64,000 bases of DNA from a virus (taxonomy: Duplodnaviria; Caudoviricetes): the IMG/VR virus record IMGVR_UViG_3300034059_000003, positions 21,940 to 85,939 of that record. The stretch is one strand, 5' to 3'. Shown one piece after another: positions 50,372-60,093 of the stretch. Each line of letters opens with the position of its first letter. The stretch's first letter is position 1. The position numbers and the translations under genes were made by a program. The notes beneath the pieces are model-generated. The model searched no databases and was not told where the DNA came from. It saw only the letters and a list, made by a program, of their open reading frames with translations.

Positions 50372-52816
50372 TTATTTTTTTATAGTTGCCGGTTTTGGTC
50401 TGCTTCTTGCGATCTTTTCAGTACTTGCAATTTGCATCTTTGTTATATTTCTTTGTTCCTGTAGTTTATCATAGAACTGTTTCGACTTTTCTTTCATCTC
50501 AAGTTTTCTCTGATCAAGTTGCATCTTGAGTTTTTCAAGTTCATGTTTTCTATTTTCTACCTCTTGATTTGTCATATTACCAAGGCCTTCTTCATTATCT
50601 AATTTAGCATATTCAACTTGAATATCAAGTTCTTTCATGTATATGTCTGCATCAATACGATTGTTCTCAAGTCTTTCTCCCTGTTCAAGTTTCATTAACT
50701 CTAATTCATTGATAGCTTGTTGCATCCTTTCACTACTTTCGTATCCTTCTCTCCTTGCATCATCTTCTCTTTGATTCCTTTGTTCTTCTGAATCTTCAAG
50801 CTTACGGATCATTCCAGCAACACTTGTATCACGATATATTGTAAACAGATCTTTGAATGTTGCTTTATCGTTCTGTAAAGCTGCAAGACTTAATTGTTTA
50901 ATAGCCTGAATTAATTCGGCATCAGTCTGGCCATCAGATATAAAGAATCCATATTCAAATTCAGAAAGCTCACGACCATCCACTTCAAATAATTGTGTAA
51001 TCATACCATCATCGGTATACTGTAATTTTTTCTTATTGTCTCCTGTAGCATTTCTCCAAGCATATTTTGCAGTTTCAAGTAATAGTTCAAGAAATCTTAT
51101 TTTACTATTATCATGCAATCTGAACCATTCTTCAGTAATATGTGAACTCTGTGTTACAGATCTCTCTACACCGCCATATGTTTCACGATTATCGATCAGA
51201 CCTTCTCGTTGTGGAGTAATACCAGCAACTTCACCAAGTTCATTCTTAACATATCTTGCAAGTTCAAGGTTTGCTCTGATTACATCAGCACTATTAAGAT
51301 TAAGAACATCACTACCTCTTTGTTTTATTGTTGAAATAAGTTTACCCTGGGCAATACCTTTTTTACCTTCCTTGAATGAATCTTTTATCATATATCCATT
51401 TGCTTCTGCAAACATCATGACAAGCTCTTCATCCCATCCATCAGGAATTTCTGCAAGGTCAAGTTCGGCAATAACACCCTTATTTCTTGCACTGGCAAGT
51501 TCTGTACGACGCATATAAACATTATATAAATACTTATATGGTTTGACCCTATCCATAAGTGAAACTCCTGTTCCACCTCCAATGGAATATACTGTACCAA
51601 CATATGGACAAAGACAAATAGATGGATTTGAAAACTTACTGCCAATTCTTGGGAGAGGTTCTATTCTTTTATACATATCAGAACCAATCTTATGACCCTG
51701 CCACCATTCATTTATCCATTTCCATTCGATTGTCCAACCTTGGTCTTTAAATTCGTCAATTGGAAAGTTTTCATCAACAATAGTTTCCTGTTCTTCTCCC
51801 TTATCATCAAAGTAATTTAAGATGCCAATCTTTCTTCTACTCTGCCAAACAATAATGGCATTGTAAATATTACCTTCCATGTCATATTGTCCACCATAAG
51901 CATTTATCTGTTGGCCATCGACAACTATAAGTTGAGAATTGGCATTATCTTTTGAGTCTGTTTGACGATCTATCGGTCCAGTCAAAACAATATTCCCTGA
52001 ATATCTATTTTCTCTGGCACCACTTTCAAGGGCATCTATTTCATCCGGAGTAAGTACATCCCAATAATCATCTATGATTTTGCCTATTGGAGAATAACCT
52101 GACTCAATTATTATTGTTGAGTCTTCAACTTTATAACTTTCTCCATTACCAAATGTTGTAATATTTAGAGGATTGCACTTTCTTGCAATAGGTTCACCAT
52201 GTATAATAGGTACTTTGAAAATTTCTTCAGCACCAAGAAGAACATCATAGAATGAATCTGAAAACATATTTCTTAAATGTTGTGTATACCAGAAGTAATC
52301 AAGTATCCTCTGACCCATTACTTCACCATAATCCTGAAATTCATATTGTTGATAGTGATGTAACTGTTTTAATCTTCGTGAGACCAGTTCCTCAGAATAG
52401 TTTTGATTTACTATTTCGTCAGTAATCAAACCATATAGTTGTTCACGCATTGCGACTTGTTTACTACTTACAACATCAGGATTTGTACATCTTAATTTGT
52501 AATCAAATCGTCGTTTTGCTTCCTCTCCTTTGAGTACGTTGAATTTTGATAACTCGATTGGATAGTTCTGAATCTTTGCAGGGAAATGGACACCTTTTAT
52601 ACCCATTGGATTAAATGCCCTTTCGATATCGCTTTCATCCATGATCCCATTAATAAGATCATAGTTTATCTGTTTTGCTGCCTTACTTTTTCGAATCTTA
52701 CTTGTGTCACCATTAGTAATAGTTAGACCAGATTCGATACATTCTATACCCCATTTTTCTGTTTTCTCCCGTAACAATTTCTTTTGTGCAGGAAACTGAA
52801 ATATTGTGTTTGCCAT
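50372..52816 (-). CDS. Portal protein (814 aa)
   Basis: FPAQKK, NYDLING, IQNYPI, WINEWWQG, VSLMDRVKPYKYLYN and GITPQREG motifs. Lies between terminase and scaffold/MCP. Confidence 0.9.
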   Translation of the reverse strand: MANTIFQFPAQKKLLREKTEKWGIECIESGLTITNGDTSKIRKSKAAKQINYDLINGIMDESDIERAFNPMGIKGVHFPAKIQNYPIELSKFNVLKGEEAKRRFDYKLRCTNPDVVSSKQVAMREQLYGLITDEIVNQNYSEELVSRRLKQLHHYQQYEFQDYGEVMGQRILDYFWYTQHLRNMFSDSFYDVLLGAEEIFKVPIIHGEPIARKCNPLNITTFGNGESYKVEDSTIIIESGYSPIGKIIDDYWDVLTPDEIDALESGARENRYSGNIVLTGPIDRQTDSKDNANSQLIVVDGQQINAYGGQYDMEGNIYNAIIVWQSRRKIGILNYFDDKGEEQETIVDENFPIDEFKDQGWTIEWKWINEWWQGHKIGSDMYKRIEPLPRIGSKFSNPSICLCPYVGTVYSIGGGTGVSLMDRVKPYKYLYNVYMRRTELASARNKGVIAELDLAEIPDGWDEELVMMFAEANGYMIKDSFKEGKKGIAQGKLISTIKQRGSDVLNLNSADVIRANLELARYVKNELGEVAGITPQREGLIDNRETYGGVERSVTQSSHITEEWFRLHDNSKIRFLELLLETAKYAWRNATGDNKKKLQYTDDGMITQLFEVDGRELSEFEYGFFISDGQTDAELIQAIKQLSLAALQNDKATFKDLFTIYRDTSVAGMIRKLEDSEEQRNQREDDARREGYESSERMQQAINELELMKLEQGERLENNRIDADIYMKELDIQVEYAKLDNEEGLGNMTNQEVENRKHELEKLKMQLDQRKLEMKEKSKQFYDKLQEQRNITKMQIASTEKIARSRPKPATIKK

Positions 52817-52824
52817 GGTAGTAA

Positions 52825-55800
52825 TTATTGACGATTGTTAAGTATTTTTTTAAATGGATCATTTGATTGTTTCAGTTTTTCCTGAAACATCTCCATACGA
52901 GCAAAGAACGGACTAAGTGCGTTCTGAGGTTTCTTATTGACATCTTCAGGTTCTATGTTTTGCATATCTTCCTTTAGTATCATTAGCATTTGTAATGCAT
53001 CAACTCTATCAAAGTTACCCTTTGTATTCCAATAAATTAACTCTTGTAATAAAGGAATTGATCGAATTCTATGGAGATTTAATATTTCACTTCCAGGTGT
53101 TATCGGTGTAGTAAGCCAAACCAATATTTTCTCACGTCCCCATTTTTGTATAGGAAGTGTACCAGGAGTACCTTTACCACGATTAAGAAGTGATTTATCA
53201 AAGATCTTGTCTACAATTATCTTAGGAGTATCACATAGAAGATGTGATGAATGTTTATTATTCAAATATGTGAATAATCCTTTCCAGTTATTTTCATAGT
53301 TACAAATTCCACGATAATAAAGTAATAACCGTCTTACGTTTTCATAATATGCATCAGCTGTCCTTGGTCGGCCAGTATATTCAGCAACTATTCTCTCGGT
53401 TATACGATTCATTATGAATGTACTTCCAAGTGAATCTGTTGTACTTTCATCATGGTCATATGTATCATTGCCAGCAATATATAATCCCCAAGGAATAATT
53501 CCATCAATCTCAACAGGATGTTCCCAGATAACTATAGCACCTTCAGTATTGTTTTTATCAAGCTCAGGAAATTTCTGAATTGGTTTTACATTACTATCTG
53601 GTCTCCATTCTACCTTTTCATTTTCTTCATTTATACCAAGGATTCCGAGATATTCTGTTTCTTCAAATCTGTCAGGATTAGCCAATAAATAATTCATATG
53701 ATGTTTCAAATCATTTATTGGAAATATTGTACCACCAATACGCATTACTGCTTCTTGTGGACAACGTGGTTCCTCTGCTATGTATCTTATAATAGCCTCT
53801 GGATTCTTTGTATTCTTTATTACTTTCTCACGAGCGAAATCAGTAAGTTTCCTTGCTATATCTGGAATAGAATTCCCATATTCATCCATTGCACCTTCAA
53901 GATTCTGCTCAACAGAAACAAAGTGACCACATTTTGTATTTGCGGCTCCTTCATCCCATATGTTAGGAATAAGATGAATGTTATAAGCACCTCCCTGATA
54001 ATGTAATTGTTCAAGACCCATGAAATCTTCATCTTCTGTTCCCCCAGTATTATGAGTTATAATACCATTTGCAATATAAGTATGAGTAGTATTGGCTGTA
54101 AGATTATAAATATCTTTTAATCCAATATATTCTATTTTGACAACTCTTTCAAGTCTTATTCCTTTTAATATTGACGACTTTGATATTTGATGTCTATATT
54201 TTAATAAATTTGATTCATTCAATCTTTTTTGTTTTTCCTTTGGAAATAATTTAATATTCTTTTTAAATTTAAAAACACTTAATTGATCATCTATACAAAG
54301 TCTGTAATATTCGTTTTTATCACTAATTCTTCTTATTCTATTGTATGCAACTATAATTTGTATATTCGAATGTATACCAAATTTCATTAATAAAAACATA
54401 ATTTGTTCACACAAATCTTTAGAACTTGAGGTAAAATTAATTCTTATTCCTCCTTTTCTTTTTTGCACATATCCATCGGTATCAAATAATCCTCCGAGTA
54501 AATTTCTTAGATCATTTTTACAATATTTATTAATGTCGTCTGGAAGTCTTTTTTTGTTTTTTGTCTGTCCATATATTCCAAGTTTCCTTAATTTATCACA
54601 TATTCCTTTGATTCTTGTTTCCTGGTATATTTTAAGTTGTTTTGTAAAATAGATCTTTTCAATTCTGGTATCAAACTTTCTTAATATATAATTGTTTATT
54701 TCATCATCACAATTTGATAATACCGGTGTTTTATTATAACCATAGGACCCATCACCAATTAACCATCCTATAAACCGAGGTTCCCACATTTTCTTTTTAC
54801 CAAAAACTGGAACCTCATCAACAATTGCAATTCTATCATTTATTTTAAGTTGATCCGTTCTTAAAAAACTATATATTCTCTCTAATTTTCTATACTCCCT
54901 TACAGATCCATTTATACGATATTTTTTTTGTCTTATCTTTTTAGGATATTTCTGCCCAATATATGTATATATAGGATGATCTACACTACATTCAAGATAT
55001 TTCCCAGTGTGAGTAGTTATTCTAATACATTCCTTTTGTTTTTTTTCTTGAATATATGTAATATTTTCTTTAGATATATTTATTCCATTATAACCTAAAA
55101 TCCCATCAGATTGGCATAAATCTTCAATATTAATAAGGTCGCCATTTTTATTCCAGACTTTTGTCCCTGCACATACACAACCAAACGCTACCTGGAGCCC
55201 AAAGGTAAGGCGTCCTTGTTGCATACTCTTTAGAGAAACGTTCCATGCTTTTAATAGATTTGGATTTTTACCAGACTCTTCATAAAGTATTAATTTTCCT
55301 CTTTTACCACGTGCCTTATTCCAGTTATTCTTTAATGAGATTCCAATAATCTCACTTTTAAATCCCTTTTCTATTTTTCTACCGCCAGAATCAACAACAT
55401 ATGATGCTCTTTTGTAAAGAGATGTATCATGTTTTTGCCGTCTTTTTCCCCAGGGTGTGTGTTGTTCGATATGGTCCATCATCTCCCAACATTTCGATAA
55501 TAGACCGTCTTCTATTAAATATGCTTTATCATCGGCAAAAACGAAACTCTTACTTCCTGGAATAAGATAGAAGTTACGATCACACATAGATCCTCCTTTA
55601 AATGAATAACCCCTGCCTCTCGTTTTAATTATTACTCCATGTTCTCCAGCAGTTTCAGCATCATCAAGATACCAGAAATACTGATAGTCGCCATCCCAAA
55701 AGTCAGGTAATCGAAATTCTCTGTCTGCTTGAGCCTGCTCATAAAGTCTTACTAAGTCGTCTTTATCAACTTCATTTACATCTACTCCAAGTTCTATTGC

Positions 55801-56061
55801 CTTATAAATTGGACAGTAATTTAGATACCAATAAAAATAGCCGGATATCTTATCCCGGCCTATGTCATAACCATAAACAGATCTTCTCGCTTCTTCTTCC
55901 CAAAATTTATAATATCTTGATGAAGGATGATCATTTACTGGATACTTTGTATAACAACCAAATTCCTCAAAATGGAGTGCACTTGCCCTCCATTCATCGG
56001 TATTATAATGTTTAATGTTCTTATAATAACCTCTGTCTATTATTATTTTTTCATCATCCAT
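52825..56061 (-). CDS. terL: Terminase large subunit with intein (1078 aa precursor, ~701 aa spliced)
   Basis: Walker A KTRGRGYS, Walker B LILYEESG, coupling motif AFG|TGG, and nuclease motifs YIAGNDTYD...DSLGS and NFDRVDAL. Confidence 0.95.
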   Translation of the reverse strand: MDDEKIIIDRGYYKNIKHYNTDEWRASALHFEEFGCYTKYPVNDHPSSRYYKFWEEEARRSVYGYDIGRDKISGYFYWYLNYCPIYKAIELGVDVNEVDKDDLVRLYEQAQADREFRLPDFWDGDYQYFWYLDDAETAGEHGVIIKTRGRGYSFKGGSMCDRNFYLIPGSKSFVFADDKAYLIEDGLLSKCWEMMDHIEQHTPWGKRRQKHDTSLYKRASYVVDSGGRKIEKGFKSEIIGISLKNNWNKARGKRGKLILYEESGKNPNLLKAWNVSLKSMQQGRLTFGLQVAFGCVCAGTKVWNKNGDLINIEDLCQSDGILGYNGINISKENITYIQEKKQKECIRITTHTGKYLECSVDHPIYTYIGQKYPKKIRQKKYRINGSVREYRKLERIYSFLRTDQLKINDRIAIVDEVPVFGKKKMWEPRFIGWLIGDGSYGYNKTPVLSNCDDEINNYILRKFDTRIEKIYFTKQLKIYQETRIKGICDKLRKLGIYGQTKNKKRLPDDINKYCKNDLRNLLGGLFDTDGYVQKRKGGIRINFTSSSKDLCEQIMFLLMKFGIHSNIQIIVAYNRIRRISDKNEYYRLCIDDQLSVFKFKKNIKLFPKEKQKRLNESNLLKYRHQISKSSILKGIRLERVVKIEYIGLKDIYNLTANTTHTYIANGIITHNTGGTEDEDFMGLEQLHYQGGAYNIHLIPNIWDEGAANTKCGHFVSVEQNLEGAMDEYGNSIPDIARKLTDFAREKVIKNTKNPEAIIRYIAEEPRCPQEAVMRIGGTIFPINDLKHHMNYLLANPDRFEETEYLGILGINEENEKVEWRPDSNVKPIQKFPELDKNNTEGAIVIWEHPVEIDGIIPWGLYIAGNDTYDHDESTTDSLGSTFIMNRITERIVAEYTGRPRTADAYYENVRRLLLYYRGICNYENNWKGLFTYLNNKHSSHLLCDTPKIIVDKIFDKSLLNRGKGTPGTLPIQKWGREKILVWLTTPITPGSEILNLHRIRSIPLLQELIYWNTKGNFDRVDALQMLMILKEDMQNIEPEDVNKKPQNALSPFFARMEMFQEKLKQSNDPFKKILNNRQ
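54049..55179 (-). mobile_element. Intein (377 aa) with LAGLIDADG homing endonuclease in TerL
   Basis: Starts CVCAGTKV, has block B CSVDHPI and LAGLIDADG motifs FIGWLIGDG and LLGGLFDTDG, and ends HTYIANGIITHN followed by Thr. Confidence 0.95.
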
Positions 56062-56597
56062 GTTGCTGCTTCAGGATTTTCAAATATTCCAATATTACCA
56101 CCACCACGGATTTCCATTGAATCTTCTTCAGAAAAAACTTTCTTTTCCCATTTCTCAAGTTTTTCAATTATTGATTCAACATCTTTAAGAGCTTTCGTTA
56201 CTGCACTTGGATCATAGTTAGTAACATTCATAGTATTACTATTGAATCTTAATTGATCATAAAACTTCATAAGTGAATTTGCTGTCTCTCTGACACTTTT
56301 TAAATATCTCATTGATATTGTTTCTTGCAATGATGTATATTTTGCAATTGCTTTTTCAATAAGTTCATCAGGAATATAGAATTCATCATTCATGACATCA
56401 ATTGATACCATCTTCTGTTTTTCAATACCCTGGGAGTTATATTCACTTTTATAGTCACCCATGAAATAAACAAAAGCAAGTTCCTTAATGGCTCTTGCCT
56501 TATCACGCGAAGTATCTCTATCCCAAATTTTTTTAAATTCGTTAATCAATAGAATCTTCGGTTCTATCGTTAGTTTGTTTTGACTCAGAATAAACAT
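56043..56597 (-). CDS. Conserved protein upstream of TerL (possible small terminase subunit) (184 aa)
   Basis: Overlaps the TerL start; helical. Function inferred from position only. Confidence 0.45.
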   Translation of the reverse strand: MFILSQNKLTIEPKILLINEFKKIWDRDTSRDKARAIKELAFVYFMGDYKSEYNSQGIEKQKMVSIDVMNDEFYIPDELIEKAIAKYTSLQETISMRYLKSVRETANSLMKFYDQLRFNSNTMNVTNYDPSAVTKALKDVESIIEKLEKWEKKVFSEEDSMEIRGGGNIGIFENPEAATWMMKK

Positions 56598-56841
56598 TGT
56601 CTATAATTTTTTTACTTTTTTCTTTAAAGAAATCCTGTTTACCTTTCTTCACTTTGAACACACAAAAATAAGGTAGTCTAATATATGGAAAAAAACCATT
56701 GTAAGAATCTACCTTTTTCATAGTTTGTTTTGTCATCTCAAATTCTGAGGCAACAACCATCCGAACGGTATTTTTATGTATTCCATATCTTTTTGCTATC
56801 CGTTCAAATATTCTATCAAGTTCCTTTGATTGAATGTCCAT
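56542..56841 (-). CDS. HU/IHF-like DNA-binding protein (99 aa)
   Basis: IAKRYGIHKNTVRMVV...YIRLPYFCVFKVK resembles the HU fold. Confidence 0.6.
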   Translation of the reverse strand: MDIQSKELDRIFERIAKRYGIHKNTVRMVVASEFEMTKQTMKKVDSYNGFFPYIRLPYFCVFKVKKGKQDFFKEKSKKIIDNVYSESKQTNDRTEDSID

Positions 56842-57229
56842 TTAGTTTAAATGTAAAAGTTAAACTACGATCATCAGCGAAAATAATAAATGCTTGTCGA
56901 ATCTTTTTGCCAGAAAGGATATTCAATGATCTTAACTGTGAAATATAGATGTTTAAATGATGTTCTTTCATTTTAAGATTTAAACAAATCTGTTCCTTCA
57001 CTTCCTTGGAGAATAAATATTTATCTCTTTCAGATTCAGCAATATCTTTATATTGATCATTGAAAAATAATAACTGTGCAAGAACTCTTAATGGTTTATC
57101 ACTAAGAGTTGCTTTTCTGTCATTATTTACCTTCTTGAGAATAGAATCAATAACCGGTTTCTTAAGAAGCAAATACTCAAGAAAGAACTTTTCTTTCGTT
57201 GTAGTTATTTCTATTGCTTCATTTGTCAT
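56816..57229 (-). CDS. Putative winged-helix DNA-binding protein (137 aa)
   Basis: ICLNLKMKEHHLNIYISQLRSLNIL helix-turn-helix-like segment. Confidence 0.4.
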   Translation of the reverse strand: MTNEAIEITTTKEKFFLEYLLLKKPVIDSILKKVNNDRKATLSDKPLRVLAQLLFFNDQYKDIAESERDKYLFSKEVKEQICLNLKMKEHHLNIYISQLRSLNILSGKKIRQAFIIFADDRSLTFTFKLNGHSIKGT

Positions 57230-57272
57230 ATTGTTTTTTATAAATTATTTCTTTATAAATCCTATCTAAACT

Positions 57273-57308
57273 ACAAAGCCAGGAAGGACTTTGAGCCTCC
57301 TGGCTTGT
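57273..57308 (-). terminator. Strong intergenic hairpin, terminator-like
   Basis: Minus strand ACAAGCCAGGAGG-CTCAAAGT-CCTTCCTGGCTTTGT followed by a T-rich tract. Confidence 0.45.
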
Positions 57309-57359
57309 AATTTTGAGACGATGACTAAAATTGCTCCATGCTGCAATCGAGTTATACGT

Positions 57360-57367
57360 CAAAAGTA
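57360..57367 (-). promoter_or_regulatory. Candidate Bacteroidota sigma-70 -7 element (TAnnTTTG)
   Basis: Minus strand TACTTTTG in an AT-rich intergenic gap. No clear -33 TTTG seen. Confidence 0.35.
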
Positions 57368-57419
57368 AAACAGATTTTTATAAAATCCTAATTTATATCT
57401 TTGGATTTTATTATTTTAA

Positions 57420-57776
57420 TTATCTTTCTGATCCATCACTTTCTGATGGATACTCTTTCTCAGTATCAATGGTGTCAGGCACAGCATTAACATCATAATC
57501 TTTATCTCCCGGGACAGGACGTAATTTCATTTCATAGTCCTTACCAATAACAAACATATTTGCTGCTTCAGTATTGACTGTACAGAGAGTAGGTTTTGTC
57601 CCACCAGACATCACTGAATAAACATTATCCTTTGCATATGGGATATCGAATTCAATTTCGAATCTCTTTGGATAGGCGGGATCATAATTGATCAGTTCTT
57701 TCTTTGCTACGCACTTCAGTACGACTTTTGTTTCAGTTATCATAATAGTTATGGATTTTATTGTGAGCCCGTCCAA
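57420..57776 (-). CDS. Hypothetical protein (118 aa; start uncertain)
   Basis: ORF tightly packed after groES; no recognised motif. Confidence 0.5.
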   Translation of the reverse strand: MDGLTIKSITIMITETKVVLKCVAKKELINYDPAYPKRFEIEFDIPYAKDNVYSVMSGGTKPTLCTVNTEAANMFVIGKDYEMKLRPVPGDKDYDVNAVPDTIDTEKEYPSESDGSER

Positions 57777-57779
57777 GGC

Positions 57780-58205
57780 TTATTTTATCAAGTCAGCTGC
57801 AGGAACAATACCATGAATGTCATTATCACGAATTACCCAATATAGTTTTTTGTTTATGACTAATGGTTCTCCTGAGTTTCCTCTTATAAGTATATGTTCC
57901 CCAACTTTAATTTTTGGTATAAGTACAAAATCAGGTGTGATCTGCCTACCTGGCCCTACGGCCATTACTATAGCCTGATTGGGATTTTCATCCCATCTCG
58001 CAAGTAACTTTCCTTCAGATTCTTCATAACGACTGATTTGTTCTGCGGCCTGTTTTTCTATATCCATAAGATTTTTTGGAGGTGCACCTTTTTCAAGAAT
58101 GATTTTATTCTTTTCAGCTCTTTTTTGAACCTTGTCAAGAATATGTATCCGTTCAATAATTATCTGATCACCATAGGGATTAACTGGGAATTTCTTTGTT
58201 ATCAT
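57780..58205 (-). CDS. groES: GroES/Cpn10 co-chaperonin with an enlarged mobile-loop region (141 aa)
   Basis: PVNPYGDQIIIER...AIVMAVGPGR...IKVGEHILI...GEPLVINKKLYWVIRDNDIHGIV. Confidence 0.8.
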   Translation of the reverse strand: MITKKFPVNPYGDQIIIERIHILDKVQKRAEKNKIILEKGAPPKNLMDIEKQAAEQISRYEESEGKLLARWDENPNQAIVMAVGPGRQITPDFVLIPKIKVGEHILIRGNSGEPLVINKKLYWVIRDNDIHGIVPAADLIK

Positions 58206-58215
58206 GTTTTTATTT

Positions 58216-58710
58216 TTAAAATGGTAAGTCGTCTTTAATATCTGTTATACTATCTGATTTATTAAAATCAGAATTGAAATCATCATCATCATCAAGTCCA
58301 GGAAGATTATTTTTCTTTTTCTCAGAGATGAATTTCTTTTCATCTTCGATTATATCAGAGGCTCGGTTAATGATTGTTAGTGATTCAATATCAAGATTAG
58401 TATAGAAAGATTCATCATCTCCCTTTCCAAGTTTTCTTCCTGATATTTTAAATCTGCAAACAACCTGTTCTCCAACATTTGCATTTGCAAGAAGATTAAT
58501 TTTATCATTGATACATTGCATCCTTAAGTATTCAACAAAGGTACCTTTGTCTGTCGGATTTGTAACCATCAAGATAAATTCTTGTTTCCTGAAATTCTCT
58601 TTCTTTTGATCAACCAGGAGTATTTTATATATCCTCCCTTTCAATGTATATAGATCCATTTTTATAAAATTTAGTTTTATAAAATTAAAACTTATTTTTC
58701 CCTTCTCCAA
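58216..58710 (-). CDS. DUF3127-like single-stranded DNA-binding protein
   Basis: FRKQEFIL...VGEQVVCRFKISGR...FYTNL OB-fold pattern and acidic tail ending DDLPF. Confidence 0.8.
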   Translation of the reverse strand: MEKGKISFNFIKLNFIKMDLYTLKGRIYKILLVDQKKENFRKQEFILMVTNPTDKGTFVEYLRMQCINDKINLLANANVGEQVVCRFKISGRKLGKGDDESFYTNLDIESLTIINRASDIIEDEKKFISEKKKNNLPGLDDDDDFNSDFNKSDSITDIKDDLPF

Positions 58711-60076
58711 TTCTTTTTATTGTCACACCATCTTGGTCCAGAATATACCTGAATGGATCTATAACGATACTTCCTACTGGAAATATAAACCTACTAAATG
58801 CATCATGTTTTGTACCAATGAAGAATATATGAGGTTCTGTAATAAATTGAATCATATCTCTTGTTCCGAGATCTTTTGATTTAAGTATAGAACCTTTCAT
58901 GCCATATATTGTAGTATCATCAATAAATGGATCGAACATCTTTATTTGTTCATCAAGTATTCCGCAATTATCAAGGAAATGTTTAAGTAATAATGCTGGA
59001 CTACCTATTGTAAGACTTGTTTCTGGTTTGAAAGAATATCCAAGGATCATTATATCCAGTTCACATTTTGCCACATAATATTCACGTTCTATAATCTCTG
59101 CAAACCATTGTGTTTGTTTTTCTCTACATATCATAAGATTTTCCCACCAGTCGTATGATATATCAAGTTTCTTTGCAATAAAACTCAAGGCAATATTATC
59201 TCTTGGATGACATCCACCGCCATCACCCATACCGGCTCTCATATAAGAACCAGAAGTAATTCTTCTTGTCCCAAGTTGCAGACAATTGATAAGATCGTCA
59301 ACGTCTGCTCCGGTCTTCTCACAAAGTTCCATGGCTGCATTAGCAAAACAGATCTTCTGAGTGATGTAAGTATTATAAAGAACCTTGATTGCTTCTGCAG
59401 TATCAATAGAACACCTGAACACTTTTGGTACTTCTGGTTCACGATCAGGTATAGAAGGAAGTGCTGAATTGTAAAACTCTTCAACAATAGTTGCCGGATA
59501 TAAATCATCAACACCGAAAAGAACAAACTCCGGATAAAGGAAATCTTTTATTGTCGTACCCATTGCAATAAAGAATGGATTATAAACAATGTGAAGATTA
59601 TCCAGACCGGCTGGTATTAAAGGAATTATCTCACGGTACATAGTTCCAGGAAGAACAGTAGAAATAATACTAATGACAAAATGTTTTCTTTCTTTTTTTC
59701 TCTTATCTGTTTCTTCATTCAACTCCTGTATAACATAAATGATTCTATTAATACATTGAATAAGAATCGAATAATTGAAATCCACTCTGGATATTGGCAG
59801 TGGAGTTATTCCTTCATACATTGGATCATGAGGTGTTTGTACTGCAACAAAACAGATATCCGTCTTTTCAAGCACTTCGCGCATTGGTAGAACCATAAGA
59901 TTTGTTTTTTGAAGTAGTTCTTCAGCTCCTTCTTCACGATAAGGTATTTTCCTGTTCTCAACATACTTTTTGATTTCAGGATTTACATCATAACCATAGA
60001 CATCATAACCTCTTGACTCTATCGCGAGTATTGAGGGAAGTCCAAGTTTTCCAAGTCCTATCATTCCAATTTTCAT
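58685..60076 (-). CDS. UDP-glucose/GDP-mannose dehydrogenase family protein (463 aa)
   Basis: IGMIGLGKLG Rossmann motif, FVAVQTP, STVLPGT, AEAIKVLYN, GDGGGCHPRD (catalytic Cys) and LGYSFKPET. Confidence 0.9.
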   Translation of the reverse strand: MKIGMIGLGKLGLPSILAIESRGYDVYGYDVNPEIKKYVENRKIPYREEGAEELLQKTNLMVLPMREVLEKTDICFVAVQTPHDPMYEGITPLPISRVDFNYSILIQCINRIIYVIQELNEETDKRKKERKHFVISIISTVLPGTMYREIIPLIPAGLDNLHIVYNPFFIAMGTTIKDFLYPEFVLFGVDDLYPATIVEEFYNSALPSIPDREPEVPKVFRCSIDTAEAIKVLYNTYITQKICFANAAMELCEKTGADVDDLINCLQLGTRRITSGSYMRAGMGDGGGCHPRDNIALSFIAKKLDISYDWWENLMICREKQTQWFAEIIEREYYVAKCELDIMILGYSFKPETSLTIGSPALLLKHFLDNCGILDEQIKMFDPFIDDTTIYGMKGSILKSKDLGTRDMIQFITEPHIFFIGTKHDAFSRFIFPVGSIVIDPFRYILDQDGVTIKRIGEGKNKF

Positions 60077-60093
60077 AACGGTAGTTTTTAGTT

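Noticed and set aside
57270-57360. tRNA gene suggested by a T-loop-like hairpin and a GCAGCATGGAGCA start
   Set aside because: No anticodon arm or matching acceptor stem could be formed; kept only as a possible structured element.
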